Positions 1 through 8,808 of a stretch of 64,000 nt of DNA are shown in pieces. A program made the position numbers and the translations under genes. The stretch comes from an uncultured Alphaproteobacteria bacterium. Its GTDB lineage: Bacteria > Pseudomonadota > Alphaproteobacteria > Geminicoccales > Geminicoccaceae. Each line of letters begins with the position of its first letter. The stretch's first letter is position 1. Location of the stretch: NCBI GenBank assembly GCA_963798075.1, contig CAWCRU010000006.1, forward strand, positions 219,167 through 283,166. The letters run 5' to 3'. The notes under the pieces are model-generated. The model searched no databases. It was not told the origin of the DNA and saw nothing but the letters and a program-made list of their open reading frames with translations.

Positions 1-142
1 TCTGGGCGCAACCCAAAAGGTCGCGGCCCTCGAGCAGATGGGGGATCGCCTGGGCCTGGATCGGGGTGGGCGTGGCGTAGTTCTCGGCGCGGACGGCGCG
101 CTGAAGGGGCTCGATGAGCCCGAGCTCGGCAAAAGAAGTCAC
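1..142 (-). CDS. DEAD-box ATP-dependent RNA helicase (RhlE-like), N-terminal fragment; gene runs off the left edge
   Basis: My own reverse-strand translation from GTG at 142 reads [46 protein letters not shown]. This is the Q-motif and N-terminus typical of RhlE-type helicases. It is absent from the ORF track because only 47 codons lie in the window. Confidence 0.7.
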   Translation of the reverse strand, partial: MTSFAELGLIEPLQRAVRAENYATPTPIQAQAIPHLLEGRDLLGCAQ

Positions 143-602
143 CTGGCAGTCGCTTTCAAGAATGGCCGCGCGCCGGCATGCGACCGGCGCTGGTCGGTTC
201 AGGCCATCCCGCGCGCAGCCGAGGCAGCCTCTCTGGGTCATGGTCTCGGGATGCAGCGGCCGGCTCGGATCGGCCGAGGCCTGCTTTGCGCGCTCGCGAG
301 GAACGGGGCGACGTGGCGCCCTCGGGCATAGATGCGGATGGGCAGCCGCCCAATCAAGCCCCGGGCTCACGCGCAGCGGCGGGCGGGACTGCCGGCGGTG
401 GCAATCGGACCCCGGCGGCACCATATAAGACTTGGTCGAGTTCGATTCGGACCGGTCTGCGCCTCGAGCAGCGGACGGGCGCCCTGGTTTCATGAGGTGG
501 CGCGAAGGTGGGGCGGTAGCGGTTCTGGCTGCGTGCTTGGCCAGGCCGGCGCCGTCGCCCGACGGTACGGATTTGCAACAGATGAGCTAGGGATGAGCTT
601 GG

Positions 603-857
603 ATGGACGCCGCGAGACTGCCTGCCATGGAAGACGCCGCGCTCGGTATCTTGCATGAGAACGCCGAGCGCTTGGAGCGCATCGGCACCAAGTCGCAGCA
701 AGCGGCGGCTGCCGCCCTGATGCCGGCGATCGAGGCTGAGCTCGCGGCGCGGCGGGCGGCCAAGCTCAGCCACGCCAAAGAGGCCGCCGCGGCCAAGCGG
801 GCGAGCAAACCCGCACCTGTCAAGCGAGCCTCAAAGGCGAAGGCCAAGGCTTCCTGA
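603..857 (+). CDS. hypothetical small Ala/Lys-rich protein (84 aa)
   Basis: ATG-initiated ORF with GC-rich third codon positions and a basic KRASK-rich tail. I recognise no family. Confidence 0.4.
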   Translation: MDAARLPAMEDAALGILHENAERLERIGTKSQQAAAAALMPAIEAELAARRAAKLSHAKEAAAAKRASKPAPVKRASKAKAKAS

Positions 858-933
858 GGCCGCGTCCGCGCGCCGACCGCAACGGGTGAAGGGCGCCGGC
901 GACCCGGGTTCGCCCCGCGGCGCCGCGCGCGGT

Positions 934-1782
934 TCACGACGAGACGTCGTAGCCGAACCACTGCCGCGCCAGCCTGGCGATCGTGCCGTCCGCCTTGGCG
1001 GCCTCGATCGCCCGATCGAAGAGCGCCACCAGATCATCGTTCGCCTGCCGGATGCCGACGCCGACCCCGGGGCCGAACGGCCCGCCGGTCAGGCCGGGAC
1101 CAATCAGCGTGAGACTCTCGTGGCTTTCCGTGCCGAGCAGCGGCTGCCAGTGGCTGAGCGAGGCGAGCGCCAGATCGATCCGCCCGGCCTCGAGGTCGGC
1201 ATCCAGGCTCTCGAGGCTGACGTAGCTTTGGATTTCGACCGTGTCGCCCATGAAAGCGTGGAGGAAGCCCGCGGCCGGGCTCGCCACCTCGACGCCGACC
1301 GTCTTGCCCGCCAGGGCCTCCGTCAGCGCGTCGAGTGCCGCCTGCCCGCCGGCATCGAGCTGGCCCAGATCGAGCCGCTCGCCCTTGCCCGTCAGGCTGG
1401 CGAGCGGGCTCGCCCGGCGCGCCGCGAAGGCCGAAGGCGTCTGGGCGTAGCTCGTCGAGAACTGGATCTTCTGCGCGCGCGCGGCGGTGATCGCGAGGCC
1501 GTCCATGATCGCATCGTAGTCGCCGGCCTCGAGCCCTTCGATGAGGCCGTCCCAATCCCTCGCCACCAGCTCGCAGGTCACGCCCAGCCGCCGGCAGAGG
1601 TCGTGCGCGAGGTCGACCTCGAAGCCGATCAGCGCGCCCGCGTCGTCGGTGAAGTTCCAGGGCGGATAGGCACCCTCGGTCGCGATCCGGATCTTCGTCC
1701 GTGGCTCGGCCAGCGCGGCGCCGGGCGGGAGCCCGAGGCAGAGCGCGAGCACGAGCGCTGCGATCCGGCCGGGCCTCGACAT
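934..1782 (-). CDS. polar amino-acid ABC transporter substrate-binding protein (His/Lys/Arg/Orn/octopine type)
   Basis: Start taken at the internal MSRPGRIAALVLAL signal peptide (CAT at 1780-1782, GGGAG upstream). TKIRIATEGAYPPWNF and GFEVDL motifs are typical of family-3 SBPs. Confidence 0.85.
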   Translation of the reverse strand: MSRPGRIAALVLALCLGLPPGAALAEPRTKIRIATEGAYPPWNFTDDAGALIGFEVDLAHDLCRRLGVTCELVARDWDGLIEGLEAGDYDAIMDGLAITAARAQKIQFSTSYAQTPSAFAARRASPLASLTGKGERLDLGQLDAGGQAALDALTEALAGKTVGVEVASPAAGFLHAFMGDTVEIQSYVSLESLDADLEAGRIDLALASLSHWQPLLGTESHESLTLIGPGLTGGPFGPGVGVGIRQANDDLVALFDRAIEAAKADGTIARLARQWFGYDVSS

Positions 1783-1979
1783 CGCAAAGCTCCCTCGGTT
1801 CGATGCTCGACACCGTTTGTCCGGGAAGCCCCGCCCGGTCGTCAAGCGCGGCCGCCTTGGAACCGTTGGCCGGTGCCGGACGTTGTCGGCGGTCGGCGGC
1901 CGCCATCCGCTCGATACAAGCAGTTGAAAAAGATTCGCTTTCGCGAAACGATGACCCCCAGTCCCGAGAGGAGACCAGC

Positions 1980-2297
1980 ATGGCCACCGCCAAGTCTGCC
2001 GCCACCGACGAGCCCGACCTGAAGAAGGATGTCGAGGCGCTGCGCGACGACCTCGACGCGCTGCGAGGCGACCTCGGGCAGCTCCTCGGGACCTTGAAGA
2101 CCAAGACCAGCAACCGGGCCGAAACCGAGATCGATGCGCTGCGCCGGCGGGTCGAGCGCGTGGCCGGCGACATCCAAAGCGGCGGCCGCGACGCGGCCCG
2201 CGCGGTCGGCGACCAGATCGAGGAGCGACCGTTCACGAGCATCGCCATGGCGTTTGCGATCGGGCTCGTGCTCGGCCGCCTGTTCGACCGCCGCTGA
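1980..2297 (+). CDS. DUF883 (ElaB/YqjD-type) membrane-anchored protein
   Basis: Start at MATAKSAATDEP (ATG 1980). It has a coiled-coil body and the C-terminal anchor RPFTSIAMAFAIGLVLGRLF typical of ElaB/YqjD. Confidence 0.85.
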   Translation: MATAKSAATDEPDLKKDVEALRDDLDALRGDLGQLLGTLKTKTSNRAETEIDALRRRVERVAGDIQSGGRDAARAVGDQIEERPFTSIAMAFAIGLVLGRLFDRR

Positions 2298-2301
2298 GCC
2301 G

Positions 2302-2748
2302 TTGCCCAGGCTGGCCGATCTTGCCGCCCTGCTCGGGCTGCCGCGGTTCAGCATCGCCCGCCTCGCGCTCTCGTTCGCCCTCCTGGTGGTCGCGACCGCG
2401 CTCGCGATTGCGGCCTTTATCGAGCTGATCGGGGCCCTGCGCCTGGCGCTCCTGACCGTGCTGCACCCGGCCTGGGCGAGCCTGGCCACCGCGGGCTTCA
2501 TCTTCGTGCTCGCGGCGTCGGTCTGCCTGACCGCCTGGCGCCTGAGCCGGCCGCTGCCGCCGCTGGACCTGCCGGCAACCGGCGCGGCGCCCCTCGATCC
2601 CGGGCTGGCGGAGGCGCTGGGCTGGGTCCGGGGCCATCCGCAGCAGGCGACCGTGATCGCGGCCGTGCTCGGTTTCGTGACGGGCGCGGTGCCCGAGGTC
2701 CGTCGCGCCCTGCAGCAGATTCTCGGCGCGCCGCCGCGCCGGCGCTAG
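2302..2748 (+). CDS. YqjE-like (DUF1469 / holin-X family) inner-membrane protein
   Basis: Hydrophobic segments (LALSFALLVVATALAIAAFI, LATAGFIFVLAASVCL) immediately downstream of the DUF883 gene, as in the yqjD-yqjE arrangement. The start is uncertain; TTG 2302 is proposed. Confidence 0.55.
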   Translation: MPRLADLAALLGLPRFSIARLALSFALLVVATALAIAAFIELIGALRLALLTVLHPAWASLATAGFIFVLAASVCLTAWRLSRPLPPLDLPATGAAPLDPGLAEALGWVRGHPQQATVIAAVLGFVTGAVPEVRRALQQILGAPPRRR

Positions 2749-2824
2749 CGAGCGGAGGCGGCCTTGCCCGAGCGGGCGCGAGGGTGGATCATCGGGCCGG
2801 CAGGCCAGGCGTTGCGGTGACCCA

Positions 2825-3796
2825 GTGCAGACCTTGCCGATCGCCCTGTCCGAGCTCGAGTACCGAGGTCGCGACCTCGCCCGGCCGGAGTGCGTCCTGG
2901 CCACGGCGGCCGGCGAGCTGTTCGTCTCCGACCGGCGCGGCGGCATCACCCGGATAGGCACCGACGGGGCGCAGGAACTGATCCGTGCTAAGGGCCTCGA
3001 TCGCTTCCTGCCGAACGGCTTTTCCCTGTTGCCGGACCGGAGCTTCGCGATCGCCAATCTCGGCCCCGACGGCGGCGCCTGGCGCATGCTGCCGGACGGC
3101 AGCCTGGTGCCCGAGGTGCTCGAGGCCGACGGCATGCGCCTGCCGGCGACCAACTTCGTCAACGCCGACCATGGGAGCGGCAGGCTTCGCCTCTTCGTCT
3201 CGGTGAGCACGCGCGAGGTGCCGCGCGAGCGGGCGTTCCGGCGCGATCTGGCCGACGGCTACATCGTCCTCAAGGATCGGCGCGGCATCAAGATCGTGGC
3301 CGAGGGCCTGGGCTTTGCCAACGAGAACAAGCTCGACCCGTCCGGCCGCTTCCTCTATGTCAACGAGACGATGGCGCGGCGGCTCAGCCGCTTTCCGGTC
3401 CGCGACGATGGCAGCCTAGGACCGCGGCAGACGGTCGCCGAGTTCGGCTGCGGCACCTTCCCGGACGGCCTCGAGTTCGACGCCGAAGGCGGCATCTGGA
3501 TCGCGAGCGTGGTCAGCAATCGGCTGCTGCGGATCGCGCGGGACGGCAGCCAGCACGTGATCCTGGAGGACGGCGACCCCGAAATGGTGGCGCGGGTCGA
3601 GCAGAGCTATCAAGAAGGCCGGCTCACGCGCGCCGACATCGACGCCGGCCGCGAACGCCCGCTCGGCAATCTCGCGAGCGTCGCCTTCGGCGGCCCGGAC
3701 CTCAGGACGGTCTGCCTCGGCTCGCTGTTCGCAGACCGGATCGCGACCTTGCGCTCGCCCATCGCCGGCGCCGAGCCCCCGCACTGGCGCTACTGA
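2825..3796 (+). CDS. SMP-30/gluconolactonase/LRE-like beta-propeller protein
   Basis: The 323-aa ORF has ARPECV, FPDGLEFDAEGGIWIA and VAFGGPDLRTV motifs typical of SMP-30-like lactonases. Confidence 0.8.
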   Translation: MQTLPIALSELEYRGRDLARPECVLATAAGELFVSDRRGGITRIGTDGAQELIRAKGLDRFLPNGFSLLPDRSFAIANLGPDGGAWRMLPDGSLVPEVLEADGMRLPATNFVNADHGSGRLRLFVSVSTREVPRERAFRRDLADGYIVLKDRRGIKIVAEGLGFANENKLDPSGRFLYVNETMARRLSRFPVRDDGSLGPRQTVAEFGCGTFPDGLEFDAEGGIWIASVVSNRLLRIARDGSQHVILEDGDPEMVARVEQSYQEGRLTRADIDAGRERPLGNLASVAFGGPDLRTVCLGSLFADRIATLRSPIAGAEPPHWRY

Positions 3797-3809
3797 CCGG
3801 AGACCGCCC

Positions 3810-4748
3810 ATGCCGGACCACAGGAAAGTGACCGTGACCGAGGTCGGGCCGCGCGACGGCTGGCAGATCGAGCCCGCGTTCATCCCGACCGAGACCAAGA
3901 TCGCCCTGATCGACGAGCTGGTCGACGCCGGCATCAAGCTCATGGAATATTCGTCCTTCGTCTCGCCGCGCGCGGTGCCGCAGCTGGCCGATGCGGCCGA
4001 GGTGCTGAAGGGCATCGACCGCTCCAAAGGCGCGCGCTTTGCCGCCCTGGTGCCGAACGCCAAAGGGGCCGAGCGCGCCGCCGAGGCCGGCGTCGACGAG
4101 ATCCGGGTGTTCGTGTCGGCGTCCGAGAGCCACAACCAGAAGAACGTCAACCGCTCGGTCGAGGACTCGCTCAAGGGCTTCGAGGACGTCGTGCGGATCG
4201 CGGGCGATGCCGGCATCCCGGTCGAGGGCGCGATCGCGACCGCGTTCGGCTGCCCCTTCGAGGGCGACGTGCCCGTCGAGCAGGTGGGAGCCATCGCCCG
4301 GCGCTTTCGCGACCTGGGCATGCGCGGCGTCGGCCTCGGCGATACCACCGGCATGGCGACGCCGGCGCTGGTCGTCGAACGGTGCCGCTACCTCAAGCAG
4401 CAGGTGCCGGAGCTGCCGGTGGCGCTGCATTTCCACAACACCCGCGGCATCGGCCTCGTCAACGTCATGGCCGGCCTCGCCGAGGGCATCGATGTGTTCG
4501 AATCCTCGTTCGCGGGGCTCGGCGGCTGCCCGTTTGCCGCCGGGGCGACCGGCAACATCTGCACCGAGGACCTGGTCTACATGCTCCACGAGATGGGCAT
4601 CGAGACCGGCATCGACCTCGAGAAGCTGATCACGGCCGCGCGCCACGTCGAGCAGGTGATCGGGCGCAGCCTGCCCGGGCAGGTCATGAAGGCCGGGCCC
4701 AGGCTCAAGCTGCATCCTTTGGGGAACGTCGAGACCGCGGTCGGCTGA
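3810..4748 (+). CDS. hydroxymethylglutaryl-CoA lyase-like (HMGL family) enzyme
   Basis: VTVTEVGPRDGWQIE N-terminus, HFHNTRG and GLGGCPFA motifs are the HMGL/DRE-TIM signature. It lies 14 nt after the preceding gene. Confidence 0.85.
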   Translation: MPDHRKVTVTEVGPRDGWQIEPAFIPTETKIALIDELVDAGIKLMEYSSFVSPRAVPQLADAAEVLKGIDRSKGARFAALVPNAKGAERAAEAGVDEIRVFVSASESHNQKNVNRSVEDSLKGFEDVVRIAGDAGIPVEGAIATAFGCPFEGDVPVEQVGAIARRFRDLGMRGVGLGDTTGMATPALVVERCRYLKQQVPELPVALHFHNTRGIGLVNVMAGLAEGIDVFESSFAGLGGCPFAAGATGNICTEDLVYMLHEMGIETGIDLEKLITAARHVEQVIGRSLPGQVMKAGPRLKLHPLGNVETAVG

Positions 4749-4753
4749 GCCCC

Positions 4754-5938
4754 TTGCCGCTCTCCGGCACCAAGGTCCTCGACCTCACCCGCATCCTTGC
4801 GGGGCCGTTCTGCACCCAGCTGCTGGCCGATCTCGGCGCCGAGGTGATCAAGGTCGAGCAGCGCGGGCGCGGCGATCCGGTGCGCGGCCAGGGGGCGATC
4901 AAGGACGGCCTCAGCTGGTACTTCGCGCAGTTCAATCGCAACAAGATGTCGATCACGCTCGACCTCTACCAGGACGAGGGCAAGCGGGTGCTGGCCGATC
5001 TGCTGCGAAGAGCCCATGTGCTGGTCGAGAACTTCCGGCCCGGCGTGCTCGCCCGGATGGGGTTTGCCCCGGACCGGCTGCGGGCGCTCAATCCGGACCT
5101 GGTCGTGGCCAGCATCAACGGCTACGGCAGCGTCGGCCCCTATGCCGACCGCCCCGCCTTCGACTTCATCGCCCAGGCGATGAGCGGCTTCATGAGCGTC
5201 AACGGCAGCGCCGGCGGCGAGCCGCTGCGCGCCGGGCCGCCGATCAGCGATCTGGTCGCCGGGCTCTACGCGGCCTTCGGCGTGGTCTCGGCTCTGCTCG
5301 CCCGCGAGCGCGGCACGACGCCGGGCGGCCAGCGGGTCGAAGCGGCGCTCACCAACGGGCTGATCAGCATGATGGCCTATTTCTCGGCGGCCTACCTTGC
5401 GACCGGCGAATTGCCCGAGCGCACCGGCAACGACCATCCGGTGGTCTATCCCTACGGGCTGTTCCACGCCGCCGACGGCGACGTCGCGATCGCGCCCAGC
5501 ACGCCCGCGATCGTCGAGCGCCTGCTCCAGGAACTGGGTCTGGCCGACCTGCTGAGCGATCCCGACTTCGCGACCAATGCCGCCCGGATCGCCCATCGCG
5601 AGCGCCTGCGGGCGATCGTCAACGCCAAGATCGCGGCCCGCACGGTCGCGGACTGGATCTTGCGCCTGAACCGGGCGGGCGTGCCCTGCGGCCGGGTCAT
5701 GGATCTTGCGGACGTGTTCGCCGACCCGCAGGTGCTGGCCCAGGAGATGGTCCTCGAGGCCGAGCATCCGGGCCACGGCCGGGTGCGCATGACGGGCTTT
5801 CCGGTCAAGCTCGACGCGACGCCCGCGCGCCTGCGCCGGCCGGCGCCCGGGCTCGGCGAGCATACCGACGCGGTCCTGGCCGAAGCCGGCTACGACCCGG
5901 ACCGGATCGCGGCGCTGCGGCAGGCCGGCGTGATCTGA
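4754..5938 (+). CDS. CaiB/BaiF family III CoA-transferase
   Basis: LSGTKVLDLTRILAGPFCTQLLADLGAEVIKVE is the family III N-terminus. The track ORF (4382) is over-extended across the HMGL gene. The start is proposed at TTG 4754 (or CTG 4745). Confidence 0.85.
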   Translation: MPLSGTKVLDLTRILAGPFCTQLLADLGAEVIKVEQRGRGDPVRGQGAIKDGLSWYFAQFNRNKMSITLDLYQDEGKRVLADLLRRAHVLVENFRPGVLARMGFAPDRLRALNPDLVVASINGYGSVGPYADRPAFDFIAQAMSGFMSVNGSAGGEPLRAGPPISDLVAGLYAAFGVVSALLARERGTTPGGQRVEAALTNGLISMMAYFSAAYLATGELPERTGNDHPVVYPYGLFHAADGDVAIAPSTPAIVERLLQELGLADLLSDPDFATNAARIAHRERLRAIVNAKIAARTVADWILRLNRAGVPCGRVMDLADVFADPQVLAQEMVLEAEHPGHGRVRMTGFPVKLDATPARLRRPAPGLGEHTDAVLAEAGYDPDRIAALRQAGVI

Positions 5939-6030
5939 GGGCGGGCGATCGATCAGACGGCGGGTGCGACCTGCCCAAGGTAAGGAGCTGCTGCGGGGGC
6001 GGGAAGCGGTCCGATCACCGGGCTGCGGCC

Positions 6031-6768
6031 TCAGTCGCCGAGCGCCAGCAGGGGGCCCTGGTAGAGCACCGGGCCGGTCGGCTGGCCGGTCGGCGAGCCG
6101 CCCCGCGGTTCGAGGCTGACCGCCAGCGCGGCGCTCGGCCGGACCGCCGCCTTGACCTGGGTCGGCAGCTCGAGAGTGGTCTCCTGCTGCGGGTCGAGCA
6201 GGCCCAGCGAGCGCGGCTGCTGGCTGCCGCCGGTGATCAGCCAGAGCTCGAGGTCGTGGTCCTCGGCGGCGGCGATCGCGAGCGGCCGGACGATGACGTG
6301 GCCGCCGGTCGGCTCGACGGTCACGATCAGCGCCGGACTCGCTTCGCCGCGGTCGAGCACTGCCACGTAGCGGGCTGCCGGCGAGGCCGGCTGGCGAAAA
6401 GCGACCCCCGCGATATAGAGGGCCAGGACCGCGGCGAGGGCGGCCGCGGCGAAGCTGCACCGGCGCCAGAAGGTGAGGCTGGACAAGAGGCCATGGCGCC
6501 TGACCCGCACCCGGCGCACGGCCGCCGGTGCCGGGTTCGCCTCGGCGGCCAGCGCCTGCGCGATTCCGAGCCAGGCCGCGGGCGGCGGCTCGACCGGTGG
6601 GATCACCGCGGCGAGCGGCGCCAGGCGCTGCTGCCAGAGGTCGACCAGCCGGGCGAGCTCGCGGTCGCTCTGCAGCCTCTGCTGGACCGCGGCGCGGGCC
6701 GCGGGCTCGAGCGTGCCGAGCACGTACTCGGCTGCCAGAGCTTCGCTGTCGCCGAGCTCGTCGGTCAT
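6031..6768 (-). CDS. anti-sigma-K factor, RskA family
   Basis: Start at MTDELGDSEALAAEYVLGTLEP (CAT 6766-6768), with one TM segment and the C-terminal RskA-type domain (LELWLI...LAVSLEPRGGSPTGQPTGPVL). The ATGA overlaps the sigma gene stop. Confidence 0.85.
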   Translation of the reverse strand: MTDELGDSEALAAEYVLGTLEPAARAAVQQRLQSDRELARLVDLWQQRLAPLAAVIPPVEPPPAAWLGIAQALAAEANPAPAAVRRVRVRRHGLLSSLTFWRRCSFAAAALAAVLALYIAGVAFRQPASPAARYVAVLDRGEASPALIVTVEPTGGHVIVRPLAIAAAEDHDLELWLITGGSQQPRSLGLLDPQQETTLELPTQVKAAVRPSAALAVSLEPRGGSPTGQPTGPVLYQGPLLALGD

Positions 6769-7319
6769 CGCTCGAGGCATTCCTTGAGCCGCAGCAGCCC
6801 ACGCCGGACCAGGCTCTTGGCGGTGCCGAGCGGGCACTCGAGCCGGTGCGCCAGCTCGGCATGGGTATAGCCCTCGGCATAGGCGAGCAGCACGCTCTGG
6901 CGCTGGCGGCCCTCGAGCTCGCCCAGGCAGTGGCGCAGCGTCCGCGCCCGGGCGCCGCCGGCATCGAGCAGGGTCGCGAGGTTGGCGTCGGGATCCTCGA
7001 TCTCCTCGATGTCGTCGAGGGGCAGCTCGGGCCGCTGGCCGCGCCGCCGGTCGAGCGCCCGGTTGCGCGCGATCGCGATCATCCAGGTCATCGGCGCTCC
7101 CCTGTCCGGACGGTAGTCGCCGGCGTGCTGCCAGATCCGCAGATAGACCTCCTGCAGCACCTCGCTCGCCTGCTCGCGATCGCGCAGGATGCGCAGGATC
7201 ACGCCGAACAGCTTGGCGCTGCTCGCCGCGTAGAGCTCGCCGAAAGCCCGCTGGTCGCGCGCCGCGACGGCCGCCAGGAGACCGCTCAGGGGGGAGGACC
7301 CGGCTTGGTCGGTCGACAT
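6765..7319 (-). CDS. ECF RNA polymerase sigma factor (SigK-like)
   Basis: Sigma-2 (FGELY...VLQEVYLRIW) and sigma-4 (YTHAELAHRLECPLGTAKSLVRRGL) regions are present. Start chosen at MSTDQAG (7319); the track ORF extends to 7403. Confidence 0.85.
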   Translation of the reverse strand: MSTDQAGSSPLSGLLAAVAARDQRAFGELYAASSAKLFGVILRILRDREQASEVLQEVYLRIWQHAGDYRPDRGAPMTWMIAIARNRALDRRRGQRPELPLDDIEEIEDPDANLATLLDAGGARARTLRHCLGELEGRQRQSVLLAYAEGYTHAELAHRLECPLGTAKSLVRRGLLRLKECLER

Positions 7320-7404
7320 GCTCGACGGTGAGCCTCCGCCAGGGCCGGACTTCTGTCGCATCGGGCGCAGGCATACCAGAGGATCGGCAAGGGCGCCAGA
7401 CACC

Positions 7405-7435
7405 GGCCGCCCCCGACCGCCGATCGGGGGCGGCC
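7405..7435 (-). terminator. GC-rich hairpin after the fasciclin gene (12-bp perfect stem, 7-nt loop), no clear U-tract
   Basis: GGCCGCCCCCGA (7405-7416) pairs with TCGGGGGCGGCC (7424-7435). The hairpin begins 11 nt past the stop of the 7447-8085 gene. Confidence 0.4.
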
Positions 7436-7446
7436 GCGCCCGCCGC

Positions 7447-8085
7447 TCAGCTCGGCAGCAGCACGTCGTCGATGACGTGGATCACGCCGTTCGACTGATA
7501 GACGTCATAGGTCGAAATGGTGGCGATGTCGCCGCGCTCGTCCTCGAGCACGAGGTTGCTCGGGCCGTTGGCCTTGACCGTGAGGGTCTCGCCGTTGACC
7601 GTCTTGAGGCGGGTCATGCCGCCGCCGGCCGCGACTTGCTCGCGCAGCGCCGCCGAGTCCAGCCGCCCGGGGACCACGTGGTAGGTCAGGATGGCGGTCA
7701 GCGTGGCCCGGTTCTCGGGCTTCAGCAGACTGTCGAGCGTGCCGGGCGGCAACGCCGCGAAGGCGCCGTTGACGGGCGCGAACACGGTGAAGGGGCCAGG
7801 ACCCTCGAGGGTGTCGACGAGGCCCGCGGCCTTGACGGCTGCGACCAGCGTCGTGTGGTCGGCCGAGTTGACCGCGTTGCCCACGATGGTCTTGCCCGGC
7901 AGCATCGGCTGGCCGCCGACCATGACGTTCGGCATCGAGGCCATCTGCACGTGAGCGTCGCTCGCCATGGCGGTGCCCATGCCGGCCTGATGGTCGGCGG
8001 GCGCGCAGGCGCTGGCGGCCGCGAGCGCCGCGAGCGCGACCCCGGCGAGCGCCAGATGCAAACGGTGGTGATCACGAATGCGCAT
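7447..8085 (-). CDS. fasciclin (FAS1) domain protein, probable lipoprotein with a Met/His-rich linker
   Basis: Start at MRIRDHH (CAT 8083-8085, GAGGA upstream). There is a lipobox-like LAAASAC. TVFAPVNGAFAALP and YHVVPG are FAS1 motifs. Confidence 0.85.
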   Translation of the reverse strand: MRIRDHHRLHLALAGVALAALAAASACAPADHQAGMGTAMASDAHVQMASMPNVMVGGQPMLPGKTIVGNAVNSADHTTLVAAVKAAGLVDTLEGPGPFTVFAPVNGAFAALPPGTLDSLLKPENRATLTAILTYHVVPGRLDSAALREQVAAGGGMTRLKTVNGETLTVKANGPSNLVLEDERGDIATISTYDVYQSNGVIHVIDDVLLPS

Positions 8086-8144
8086 CGATCTGTCCTCGTT
8101 TGGTGCCGGCTCCCCTGGCCTTCGGCTGAAGGCCGGCGCGGCGG

Positions 8145-8708
8145 TCATTTGGGCAGGAGCACCCGGTCGATGACGTGGATGACCCCGTTCGACTGGTAGA
8201 CGTCGTAGGTCGAGATCGTGGCGATGCCGCCTTGCGCGTCCTCGACCACGAGGTTGCTGGGGCCGTTGGCCATGACGGTCAGCGGCTCGCCGTTGACGGT
8301 CGCGAGCTCGGCCATGCCGCCGCCGGCCGCGACCCGCCCGCGCAGATCCTTCGAATCGAGCCGGCCGGGGACCACGTGGTAGGTGAGGATGCCGGTCAGG
8401 GCGGCACGGTTCTCGGGCTTCAGCAGGCTATCGACCGTGCCCGGCGGCAGCGCCGCAAAGGCGCGGTTGACCGGCGCGAACACGGTGAACGGGCCCTGGC
8501 CCTCGAGCGTGTCGACGAGGCCCGCGGCCTTGACGGCGGCGACCAGCGTCGTGTGGTCGGCCGAGTTGACCGCATTGTCGACGATCGTCTTTTCCGGCAG
8601 CATCGGCTGGCCGCCGACCATGACCTCAGCGCGCGCGCCGAGCGCGCTCGCCCCAAGCAGGAGCGTCGCCGCGAGCAGCGCGCGCCGCAGGGTCGCATTC
8701 TCAGTCAT
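8145..8708 (-). CDS. fasciclin (FAS1) domain protein, secreted
   Basis: Signal peptide ALLAATLLLGASALGARA followed by a FAS1 domain highly similar to the neighbouring paralog. Confidence 0.9.
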   Translation of the reverse strand: MTENATLRRALLAATLLLGASALGARAEVMVGGQPMLPEKTIVDNAVNSADHTTLVAAVKAAGLVDTLEGQGPFTVFAPVNRAFAALPPGTVDSLLKPENRAALTGILTYHVVPGRLDSKDLRGRVAAGGGMAELATVNGEPLTVMANGPSNLVVEDAQGGIATISTYDVYQSNGVIHVIDRVLLPK

Positions 8709-8808
8709 CCTCTTCCCTCCGTTGCCGGCGGTGCCTGGGCACCGCCCCCAAAGCCGCAGTCCGGCTGCGGCTCCGGTAGCTACGGCGAACGGATGGGTTT
8801 GGATGCAC

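Noticed and set aside
2302-2748. Holin-family hit as evidence of a prophage
   Set aside because: The gene follows a DUF883/ElaB-type gene as in the chromosomal yqjD-yqjE stress operon. No lysin, terminase, capsid, integrase or att-like repeats are nearby.
4577-6964. 795-aa minus-strand ORF spanning the CoA-transferase and anti-sigma/sigma region
   Set aside because: Extremely Arg/Ala/Pro/Gly-rich with no family motifs. It lies antisense to, or out of frame with, genes that have clear signatures. This is the typical long-ORF artefact of very GC-rich DNA.
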